64,000 nt of DNA, taken from Pocillopora damicornis (Eukaryota). The stretch spans positions 434,001 through 498,000 of the forward strand of contig NW_020843367.1 in NCBI RefSeq assembly GCF_003704095.1. The letters are read 5' to 3'. Below, piece after piece: positions 1-11,429 of this stretch. How positions within the stretch are numbered: the first letter of the stretch is position 1; each line of letters opens with the position of its first letter. The notes beneath the pieces were generated by a model, which saw only the letters and a program-made list of their open reading frames with translations, did no database searches and had not been told where the DNA came from. The translations under genes and the position numbers were made by a program.

Positions 1-291
1 GTTTCCATTTTATTCCAAAGCAGTAAGAAAGCATTTCGGGTTCAGTAAGTGTAACTGCGTCAGGTTTGCAAGCGGCAAAAATACTTGGTTGGGTTATCCA
101 CATTTGTAAAGTTAGTGTTCACCTACATATCCTAAGTGATGAATATCATGAGTTGAGCGACGTAATTGATTTCCTGAAACTATGCGACTGAATAAACAAA
201 CGATCGGAAACGATGCACCACTGCTCACTTCACCACAACTACGCAGACAAGAAAAACAATCACATAATTCCGCCATGTGTTGCATCTTCAC

Positions 292-3200
292 CTTATGCAT
301 GCGATGTTTCAACTCTGACAGACTACACGCCTTCATAATCTCACTCTGACTTCGACCTCCAATCCGCACAATCCCCTCAGAATGAAACTTGTGGATCCCT
401 TCCAGAAACTGGTCCAGTGCGTGGTTTGTGTAACAGACAACAAGAAATGGGCGACGCTCCGACAGCAGAGGGGCAACGTCACGTTCGTCATCAAGAAATT
501 CAGTACCAGTGTCCCACTTCAACTTGTTGTGCAACAAAACATTAGCGATCTAAAATGAACAATTGAAAGAAAAAGATAAATGAAAATAAATTTGTAATTG
601 CTCTCTCTCTCAGGACTGACCAAACCGACACACAAACACTATTACTTGAGACAAACAATGAATGGTTCAAATGTTCTGCGGCCAAAAGGTGAGTCGACCG
701 GATCTTTATAGGGCGTGCCAGTAAGCTGTGCGACATCAGCGGCATCTCTGGCTGCTTCACTGTTCAAACCGCTAGTCATACAAGAAGGTACGCAGGCCCG
801 ACCGAAACTCAACTTTTGCATCATTTTTAGGAAGTTATAACAGTAAAACCGAAGTGTATAGTTTACTTTACACTTGATAAATATATTTATATTACTTATT
901 CAACCAAAAATAGAAAAATTGAAATTGCGACGTCTAACCCGGGCTAAGAATATTTTCGTTGAGTCTTCATTGTTTTTGGTATGGCTTGCACTTACTGTTG
1001 TTTTCTTTTAAGCAGAAATTAATTTGATTGAAGTATGACCAAATGAATTAGGTCTCTAGGGAGAGTTTTATTGTGTTCAGTTGTTGTTGTTGTTGTTATT
1101 GATTTGGTTTTGGTCATGTCTAGAGTTGCCCTTTTCATGGTTAATCACACACGGCTAAAGAACAACTTTATGACAAGAAAAAAATAAGAAATTCAGTCGT
1201 GGACTCGATAACAGTTCAAAAGGGTTACTCTACCTTCAGACCGATATACGTCTTTCCAGTGCCCGGTGGTCCTTGAATAACCGCGAATTCTTTGGTCAGC
1301 GCCATCTGCAAAGCCCTGTACTGAGAGTCATCTAGTTCCAGATCATCGGCTGATGGCCAGTGAGCAAGGTGCAGAAGTGGCACATCAGTTCCTACGATTC
1401 AAAATAAAGGAATTCATGGTAAATTGTGTTTGTATACCAATGTTAGAAAATACAAAGGACAGCATGCACCTGATAACGCCTTATTTTTGTACATCAGTAT
1501 GAAACAGCAGACTAACCTCTACGCACTTCATCCCTCACACTCAACCGCGTTAGTCGTGCCCTCATTTCACTTAGTGAATTCTTGCTGTAAAAAACAGTAA
1601 TCGGTATAGTTTACTTTTCAAATAGAGGGGCATGTATTAATTTTACCAGCTACTTTCTTATATATCAAAGAATCTCGATTGGTCATCAAAACTAGCAATG
1701 TCCGCAGTGTTCCCTCACTTTGCATCAATGTCACATAGCAGATCTTTTAGCATCCAGGTTTTGCCATCAAGAATCGATCAAGATAACTGTAGAAAAAAAG
1801 CTCTAAAAGCTCTTATTCTTAATGGTCGTCAATGTGGTCTTTAGAACTTAGCCAATTAGTGACAAGATCCACAATGCACTTCTCTCCTGAGACTCGTCAT
1901 CTCCCCTTCACAAGCACCACCAGTCTCAATTCAGTCCATTTGTTGGCCCTCCTCATCAATGTACTTTAATAAACACTAACTTGTTTCTCAGTCTAACATA
2001 ATACCTTCCAGTGCTGCCACTGTTGCTTCCTTTCTTCATAATCGGCGTCAGATCAAATGTCACTCGTCCTCTTAACCTGTTTCTCAGGTAAGCCGGTGCC
2101 TCAACATGTTTTTGACAATTAACGATGTATCTCTGCGTTGAAGCAAAGGAAAAAGAAACAGTTTTGTTGACGCTATTATGAAAACTACAACGAAGTATCG
2201 AGATCGTGAAGGACTATGTTTATACTAATTTCTCTAGAAGTATTTTTCACCATGATGCTGTTTTGACGTAGCTTAAGCACGAGAGGGACAGTCAGTGAAG
2301 GCAGTAACATCACAGGATTTTAGAACACTTTCTTGTAGCGTAATTGATGAACGACAGATGACAAGAATTCCCAGAGTATGGGGAAAAATGCTTGAAAAAT
2401 AGACTGATTTATGAAAAGGATTGCAACAGGTAACTGACAGTGCTTCTTATCATCAATTCATTTTCTTTCCTCTGATCTTCGTGTTTGACATACAAATCCT
2501 GAACTACAGCGTAAGAAACCATAATGATAATAAGATATTTTATCATGTGATCATACGTTACCTGTAAGGGCAGCTGATGTGGCTGAACTTCTTTTAACCC
2601 CTCAAGGATATGACGATATGCTTCAAAGTACACAGTACTCTCTACCATCTGATACACTTCACCCTCTTCAAGTCTCACATTATCAGATAGTTTGATGAAT
2701 TGAATATCTACTATACCCTACAGAAAAACAAGCAGTTACTACTGGATAAAAGATTAACAGAATTTTGATAGACTTCGATGAGAGAACCAATCAGATTTGA
2801 TATACTATGATAGACGATGATGATGATGAGGGCGCCATTCTGATTGGCTGAGTTACATGATATATGATGTCTTCCAAACATGAGATACTAAATTCAGTCA
2901 CCTGTTTTAAATCTTTGAGATCTCGATTGGCCACGGTTGCAAACACAAAACTGCCAAACTTGTCCTTAGATAGACACATCAGTGAGCCAAAGATAAGCCG
3001 CTTGCTGTTTTCCCAACGTACTTTCCTTAGATTTGTGTTGTCAAACTTTACTTTGTACTGGAGTCCGTTCGAGGTACATACGGGGTACAGCAACTGGACG
3101 TCTTTATACACCCGTATGTCCTGTAGAGCACCAATCTTAGCGGAGCCAATACGTTCTAATAACTTGGCAATCCCTTCACGAAGGGGTCTCACGAAGTCTT

Positions 3201-4151
3201 CACGAAGGAGCCGAAATTGCACATCCAAATAATGTTCCGCATCGTGATAGCTCCCGTCGACTTTGTTCCTTCTGAGGAAGGGTCTCTCTCCAGTCAAAAT
3301 GTCTTCTTGAGTCGGAATAACACTGAGATGTCGGAAATCATCGGGCGGGTTTAAGTCATCGTTCTCACCGGCTAGAAATTAAAAAAAATGACAATCAGCA
3401 TAAAGAATATTTTACTCTTTTGCGATTAAACTACGCATCTCTCACCATTTCTCCGTACTCTTCCTCTGCCTTGTCGCCTCTCTTCATCCTTTCTTTTCAG
3501 TTCGGAAGCCTTCTCTGTTTTCAATTTCATCAGTTCACCTACTTCATTCATCAGGTTTGCGTCTTCCAAATTTCCTTTTTCGGACAATACCATAGCTCCA
3601 CAGTACAGATCGGGTATTGGTAAATCGGCGTATGCATTTGGGAATCTTCGTAACAGTTCATTCATTACTTTTATCACATTTTTTAAGAACTCTGCTAAGT
3701 CAGAAGGTGACCTTCTGCTTGCGGACAAGCTGTTGAGATGTTGTCTTAAATTTAAGTTGAGAAATAAAGACCCTGGCAGTAGGTTAAGCAGCTTAATAAG
3801 GTACTCCTTCGAGCTGCAATCGCATGCTTTGCTAAGAATGCTCACAATCAAGACAATAACGTCATCTGTCATTGGAGACTGCTCTTTCAATAAAAATTCA
3901 GAGGCCGGGAAGCATCGACTTGATGTCAAATCGAGGACAATTTCATCTGGAGTCTTGCTCTGTAAGTCTTTTAGTGCTTTGAATCCAAGCCTTATCGGAC
4001 GGCGTGTTTCCGTATCACCATAAGCACCACGCCCTCCTCTGCCCCCTCCCCTTGCACCCCCTCTACCGCCTCTCCAAGGACGTCCTCTTCCACCTCTAGC
4101 TCCCCTGCCACCACCACTTCTATAACTCCGGTTCCCCACAAAGTCTTCCAT
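292..4151 (-). CDS. ZNFX1: NFX1-type zinc finger protein 1 (UPF1-like SF1 RNA helicase), 5' part; gene presumably continues beyond the left edge
   Basis: Phase-consistent GT-AG exons 4151-3446, 3371-2902, 2717-2562, 2132-2005, 1584-1517, 1391-1233, 549-292. N-terminal RGG box and ZNFX1-type motifs PPDDFRHLSVIPT, HYLDVQFRLLREDFVRPLREGI, WENSKRLIFGSL, MVESTVYFEAYRHIL, Walker A IQGPPGTGKT, VVCYTNHALDQFLE, IVRIGGRS. Confidence 0.93.
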
Positions 4152-4949
4152 GGAGTGTCTCGATTTCCTCAGTCAGTTAAGGATATTTCAGAAGCTTTTG
4201 AAGCCAGCACTTTTTTTACTTGACCATGTTTAGCTGAAAATGAGTAGAGCAGATAAGTATCTTGAACATTATTATGCTTCATGAATTACTTTGACCATGT
4301 GATTTAACATTAGTAAAAGAAAAGGTTAATGTAAAACTCTTGGAACAAATGATTCAGATTTTAAATGTGAATTTAAAACATTAACCTTTAAGATTAAATT
4401 AAATCGCCTTCACTTCAGTTCATGAAATTTCACTGACCAGCTGTACATGAAGTCAGTGGATAACTTCATCACATCCTTATCAGCAGTATGTATTGGTAAA
4501 CAAGAAAACAAGAGGCATCACCTAGCGACATGGTTTCACTTGTCTTTTAAAATAATTTCAGTTGATCCCATCTCCATGCGTTATACCAGTTGCCTGAAGT
4601 AATTTTAGGCTGTGTAATAAAACTGAGAGGTGTAAAGGCAATTGTGACTGATCCAGAGCAGAATGACATATGCGATATGAAGTGGGGCAATGTGCGATAA
4701 ATTACGTAAACTATACCATATCCACAGAAAATGCTTCAGCGGGCGTTCAAAGTCTATTTTAGAGAGGTAAATTCCCTAGACTTTGTCCCGTGACAGTGAC
4801 TGACGAAAATAGAAATGTAAATAAGAACACTGAGTGATACAACGTAAAGTTGATCGCTGACTGTACAGCTTTCATGTCTCTGGAACACTCAAAATGGCTG
4901 CACAACCGCTATCAAAGCTTTCAAAGTCTTGAAATACTTTTTTTTAGGT

Positions 4950-6390
4950 TACTTACCTTAAAGTGACGTTGAATTTGTGAAATGATTAATTTAAATTAGA
5001 ATTATTGATCTTGTTTTCTTGAATTTGGCATTTTTTGACGAGTTTTGCGATTTTCCTGGAATTGCAACGTCGCGTGACATTAGACATATTAGAAACAACA
5101 TAACATTTGGTCAAGAAAGTGAAAGGTGAGAACAATCTGCGGAGTATGTAACTAGAGGTATGGAACCAGCAACTTGCAGCTACAGACCCGTCTCTGGCAT
5201 ACGCACGTTATCGTGACAACTGCCATTCTCACCCGAGAAGGAGACATTATGCAATCGAATCGTTATGAATTTCACTCGCTTGAAGTGAAGCGAACTAATG
5301 CAGTCAAGTGAAGACTCAAGCGAAACTATTTGCCTGTAGACAGACCTAACGCCAAATCTAGCATCCTTTCTTAGAGGATTTCTCTCTCTCTCCTGCTTTG
5401 CATTTCTGCAACTGAGGGGGTTTGCTCGGGAACAACGTACAGAAGCACTACCGGAGAAAATAGAAAGCAAAATATACACACAATCGCTTTCAGGTCGCTG
5501 AAGAATCATAATTCACAAAACCATCGAAAAATCTCAAACCACCGATAAATCTCGAAAATTTCAACCGCATGGTATTGAATAATGCTTCATCAGCTTTCCT
5601 TTTGACTTCCGTGTAAGCAATCGTGCTTCTAACGACCCCGTTCGTTTCTTCATAGGCGACAAATAAATTAGAATTTGCCCTTTTTTCACTGCAACGGCCC
5701 TTTCCCCGAGACATCACACGATACCTTTCTTTTTGTTTTAAGTCTCTTATGCGCGCCGAATCGAATCAAAGACAGGTAAATGTTTACAATGTGATCCGAG
5801 TCAATCGAGTTCGATAAAAATTACCTTTCGTTCCTTGATGATACCAGTTTCAAGCAAGGACTAAGAGCTCCCAGCCAGATGTAAAGACCACAGTTGTTTC
5901 AAACAGTATCAATGAGAAAACACGAACATCATAAACCTTCGAAATAAAACTGATCTAATCGAAACACACTGAGTTTTCCGAGAAAAACCAGTTTGATTGC
6001 ATTCATATATGGACCGCTATCCAATGAAATGATAGTTGGTCATTCGGGGAAACCGAATATTTGCTTCCGGGAAAAGGGTTTTTTCCCTTTTGTCTTTCAT
6101 GCATAATTAACTAAAAGCTTCCGGTTTGTCCCAAGAAAAACAAAAATATGAATGAACCTTCTGAACCTTAGGCACCCATCGTAACCAGCTTTTTGAATGC
6201 AATCGAGGTTTGTAAGAGGATAATTTGTGAGCGAGATACGGAAGAATACGGGAAAATCAAGATTTTAAAAGCATATTTCCACGTCGTGAGTAACTTCGGC
6301 GACTTTCACGACACCAAGTATTGTCTAAAAGGATATTGTAATTTACGTATTCTTAGAAAGCCTGGGTAATTTCGGGGAAATTTTTCGCAA
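4950..6390 (-). promoter_or_regulatory. Putative ZNFX1 promoter region(s) with GAS (TTCN3GAA), ISRE/IRF-E and kB-like motifs
   Basis: TTCCTGGAA 5053, GAAAGTGAAAG 5115, TTCCGAGAA 5976, TTCGGGGAA 6043, TTCCGGGAA 6065, GGGTTTTTTCCC 6076, TTCTTAGAA 6350, TTCGGGGAA 6371. Minus-strand donors near 4957 (AG|gtaagt) and 5824 (AG|gtaatt) and an acceptor at ~4234 suggest non-coding first exons. Confidence 0.55.
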
Positions 6391-7100
6391 ACCTCTGTTC
6401 ATTAAAAAACAAACGCTGTTTTTACGTAAGTAATAAATAACATGTGGGACATAGTTTTGATAGAAAACCTTTGAGGATGAATTGGTGACTCCGTAATCAT
6501 TTATTAACAAACCACTGAAAGCCGTGTATAGTTATAATTTTACTTTTCTTAGTGCTTCGGCGAAAATACGTTAATATAACGAGACAAAAACATAAAACTT
6601 CTTTCTCCCATTTTTAAACCGGCATCGAAACCATTAGTGGCAAGAAAAGGTCGGCAAGTAGTTGAAAATGAATTTCTTATAACCAGCTAAAACCCATTTC
6701 CCCATCTTTATACGTACACATAGAAGGCAAAGTAAACATAAAAGTAACTAAGTCCCTTCGACCTCCTTTTCATGGCAATTCTTAAATAAGTTATTCATGA
6801 TGATGTGTCTTCAGTATTATATAAGCTAGTATAGCTTCAAGTTTAATATAAGCAAATGTTAAGGAATCAATCTGTGCTACAAACTGAATTTGGAATTTTC
6901 TTCTCACAGCATTTCAACATCAGGATATAGCACTTGAATGTTGACACGAACACAGGAAGAATTCACCTCCAACCACTGAGTTTGCTTCCGATTCAAACAT
7001 TTTTTAAATATCTCAACAAAATATCGATCTTCCAATTGAGGGAAACTCGTCTAGTGTTCAAGGTTGAAGAAGATCAAAAAAGATGAAAACGGTGGTGTTG

Positions 7101-10100
7101 TTATGTAGTACTGTTGAGCGCAGTGTGTGAATCTCTATCAGTTGAATTGTCTGTGTTCAATGCGGCCAGGTTTGGTAAGCCATCCTTGGTAACATTCTGT
7201 TGTGATGCATCAGATAAATTTGCCTCCTGTGAGGTAAGCTGAGTGCTCCCCTGCATTGAAGAAACATTGCTTGCCTGTTTGGGTTGCCTTGCACCAAATA
7301 TGGTACTACCCACTCGAACATTTGTACTTCCCATTAAAATCTGACAAATTAAAAGAGAAAGTTTACATAAGGAAACCACTTCAATTTAACCCTTTAACCC
7401 ATAAGAGTGCCTAGCATCTAATTTCTCCTTACAGTATCACCCCTGAATCAAACAAAGATCACAAGAATAAAGGATATCATCAACAACTAAAGAAGCTCTA
7501 ATTGAATGTTAAACAAAATCCCTTGTCTGCACCATGGGAAATGTATTGAAAACAGTATGGAGAATATGCATACTGATGTTAAGGTGTTAAGCATGTTAAG
7601 GGTTAACCAATGAATCATGACACAATAATATGCCTTCACTTACAGCTTCCTCAAAATCACTTGACATTCCCATACTCAATTCAACATTCTCAAGGCTAAG
7701 ACTTAGTTTCTCACAAATATCCTTGCGACAGTCAACCAAAGTCTGAAAATAAATCAATGTACTGAAGTTAAAGAGACTTACCTTGAGCATGCAACATAAC
7801 TTTATTTGGTTATCCTAATAATTATGCATTATAACTGCATTCAGTTATCCACTGTAGTTTCAATCTACAGGACTATTTAGAACTCCACCTTAAGAGCTTG
7901 ACCAGTCATACTATTGATTTAAGAACTTGTTTAGTACAGCCAGCTTAATCATTAAACAAGGATATTGAGGCCTCATTGTGTTTAGATTGAAGGTAGGGTT
8001 ATAACCAGTTTTATTTCAACACTTCATGGACAAAAAACTGTTCACCCAATTATCTGGTGTAACTTTCCTAACAATTATGTGTTGCATGTTGTTTTACAAT
8101 GTTGTATCATTGATTAAAGTAGACTCCATTTCTACATCTCACAATAATTGCATCAACAGTGAAAAATGTGTTTATTGCATCAAACAAAATTGTTATGTAT
8201 GTTTTCATACATTTCATCGAGGAAAAAAAAATCAAACAAACAAACAAACAAAAATGCTCCATTACATTAACCAGTACATGTTTTGCACCCTTTCTCACTT
8301 ATTGATCAATAAAAATAAAAGAAAGACAGTTTCACAATCTGCTTACAGTAAAATCAGGATTGGGACCTTGACTCCAGTCATGATTCATTTCCCCAATGGT
8401 CATTAGTCCTGAAAACTTTAAATGCGCACAGTGGGTGATAATGTGTTCCACAAGTTCTGCACATTGATCACGTAGACATCCACTCTTACCTGAAGAGAAG
8501 TTACCATATTATTCAACTGTACTGCCATTTCATAACAGGGCAAATGTAAAATGCCATCCTTAAGTTTTCATTTTTTTAATTGTTGGCGTGCTTTTTTGGC
8601 CAACAAGTTTTCGTTATATACAACATCAGTGGAGATAAACATAATTATCATATCTCTCAGTAAGAATGTTCACAATGATTGGCCCATTTATTTCACTATA
8701 CCGCCTTCTAAATTCAAAAGTTTGAACATTAAATATACATTAAATATCTAACTAACTTGGCTTCTTAAAAGTGTTAGTGAGTAGTACTGAGTTTGCAAAC
8801 TTGCAAGTAGAAACACAACAATTGATCTTCATCTTAGGCTGAGAAACAGTAGCACTTACTTTCTTCTTTGCTTGTGTTAACTTGTATCATAACATTAAGA
8901 GGACTGGGTTTGTTTAGTTTTCCCCAGGAAATATTAAGAGAGTTGGCAAGCTTCACACTGTCCACAGTCTCCACCATGAAAAGGTTTGGCACTCCTATAT
9001 TAGAGAAAGCCAAAATGGTCCCAATAAACATAGTTTGAATTGACTTCATGCAAGTCTTTCAATCCCAGGATGAACAGATAAATAAAATTCTCCATACAAT
9101 ATCAATACACATCATGCTGACTGGTGATGAAAACAAGGAACACATCTCAACTAGGGGACACAAACTGATTAAATACTAAAAGTTAACAATATAGAAAATA
9201 CACATACACAATAGATAGTGAGGAGAATTACATGTTAATGAAATATTGATAACAATAATATTATGATATTCATGTTATAATGAGATTCATGTCATAATAA
9301 GATCTTGGAAGTGAAAAGGTTGATAATAATATACAGTAAATGGACAACAACTAGAGCCAATATAGATAATCATGGCAATTGTTTCCCAAAAGTGAATATT
9401 CAGAACATTAATAAACTTTAAGATATGATCATATCACTGTCACTTGTTAGTGGTGACTGATACTTTGAAAACTTGTTGTAACCATCAGCGTCAAGTGAGG
9501 AGTTGTTGTCAGTTGAGTGTTATAAATCTGGTTTGTGTAAACTGATTGGTCAGTTTAACCTTGAAGTTATTGGCTATAAGTCTCAAGCAGTACAAGTCAG
9601 CCGTGATTAGCCAGTTTCTATCCAACTACAAGATCAAATGATCCCCCAGCTTCTGACCATATTCAGTAACACTAAAATAGTTAGCAAAGTGTTTCAATCC
9701 TTACCAACAAGGTTATTGCATTTGTTACTCTGCAAATGACCAATAAAATGCCACCTTATGTCATTAAGTGGCTGAATCTGTCATACACATGAAGGGAAAA
9801 TAAGAAAGTCATTTTGTGAGATGATTTAGGAAAGGGTTTGTTCATCATTATGTAAATCATTGTAACTCTGTGTAAAATACATCAATGGTTCCAAGTCAGA
9901 CTTCACTGAAAACATTTCAGATTCCCCTTAGCACCATATGACTAAGACTAGCATAATTGTCCTATGCCTAGAAAAGAATACCAAATGTTACCAATACCAC
10001 AGCAGTGATACTACCAGAAGTATGTACCAAAGGTAAAAACAGAAGGAGATATTGGCTATAGATAGGAAAATTAACAATTTCTCCTCTTCAGGTGGTAACA

Positions 10101-11182
10101 GGTAAAATTCACTGCTTCTAATAACTCTTATTTCTGCCTTAAATTGCTTTGAACTCTTGAAAAATCACCAGGTAAAAAGATTACTTTACTAGTTTGAAAT
10201 TCTGTTGACCTGTTGTGCTTAAAATAAGGGAGTACACTAAGTAAACCATAACAAGTATAAACTTGCAGGATACCTTTACATCTTTTGACTTTTCTATCAG
10301 TTCTTTAACCTATGAAAATAACATCTTGAAAAATTAAACATTTTTGAGAAACTCATTGAGGTGCTATGTTTTGGCGTAAAAGCTTGCAGGAAGTAATAAA
10401 AGTGCAAAGAGTAGGAAGAAGCATGAAATATGGTCATGTCTCTCTTGCCATTTTCTTGGGTACTAAGGTCACTTCCTTAATAAGTTAGGTTATAAAATAA
10501 ATAAGGTAATTACCAAGCAATTCTAATTCTGAACATCCAAATATTGCAAAGGTGATGCACTTGCACAACTAATTTGAATAGCTGAGTTTCAAAAGGTATG
10601 CGAAATTTTTATACCAAATAAAATGTTGAGTAAGCCTGATCAATGTTATATATTGGTAAAATTGCTCAGCTGACTCAAGAAATGCTATTGCTTTATTGGT
10701 TGATTATGTAACATTTGTCTGAGATCACTCTGAGCAAGGTGGCTATTAATAATACTGAAGCATCAGTTTTCAATTTGGCAAACAACCATCAAGACATTAA
10801 TTCTCCCTAGGCTCAACGAAATTTGATGAGTGATTGTTATTAAATAAAACGTAACCAGGCCTAACCCACCCCCAGCCATAAATTAAACCTCCTAAATCCA
10901 CTCACGTAGTTTTCGCCGAAATGTCGTTGTCCATTGTCATAAGCTTCAATAACATAGTCTAATGACTTTAACTTGCTGACTGCAACCAGACGAGGAGCTG
11001 TTTTAGGAAGCTCCTGAGAAGAGAAAGTCATTTGAATTCAATTAAACATAAGCTTTCCCTCAAATGGCTAATTTTCTGACATTGCACTGAACACAAAAGA
11101 CGACCCTTACACTCGACCGCTTTGCTGTTGCTTCTTTTACTCGAGAAATAACACTCCGAAGAGCACTTCCAACCCCTTCCAT
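7101..11182 (-). CDS. PLPBP: Pyridoxal phosphate homeostasis protein (PROSC/YggS family)
   Basis: Exons 11182-11111, 11013-10906, 10309-10274, 9777-9705, 8994-8860, 8489-8347, 7742-7644, 7340-7101. Motifs RLVAVSKLK (PLP lysine), [69 protein letters not shown]. Confidence 0.95.
7386..7606 (+). mobile_element. ~210 bp MITE with TTAA-CCCTT...AAGGG-TTAA ends (piggyBac-like), in the last PLPBP intron
   Basis: Ends ttaaccctttaac / gttaagggttaa; body (aatttctccttacagtatcacccctgaatc...ggagaatatgcatactgatg) recurs many times in the window. Confidence 0.75.
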
Positions 11183-11429
11183 AGACAAAATTCCGAACCG
11201 CTTCATACATGCGCAGATTTTGTGATTTTGGCCGCCATTGAAGGTTAGTCAGAAGTCACGACGATCACTTGTAGTCAGCGGGCTGGTTGCTAAGGCATCG
11301 TAGCGACTTGGGAATTGATACTCACTCAAAACAATCTACTTAACAGATGCTCCATAGTCAACCTCCTAACCGCGGGAGGGATTCAGAGATGAAAAGATAG
11401 ATTGCTTTCAAATTGAATGAAAAGAGGAC
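11183..11429. promoter_or_regulatory. Bidirectional promoter PLPBP/TEX36 with RFX X-box-like motif
   Basis: Divergent start codons ~250 bp apart; GTTGCTAAGGCATC at 11286-11299 resembles the X-box GTTGCYNNGGCAAC. Confidence 0.55.

Noticed and set aside
1391-2005. Apparent frameshift in ZNFX1 (phase 2 donor at 2005 versus phase 1 acceptor at 1391)
   Set aside because: A 68-nt exon at 1584-1517 with good splice sites restores the frame, so this is not a pseudogene signal.
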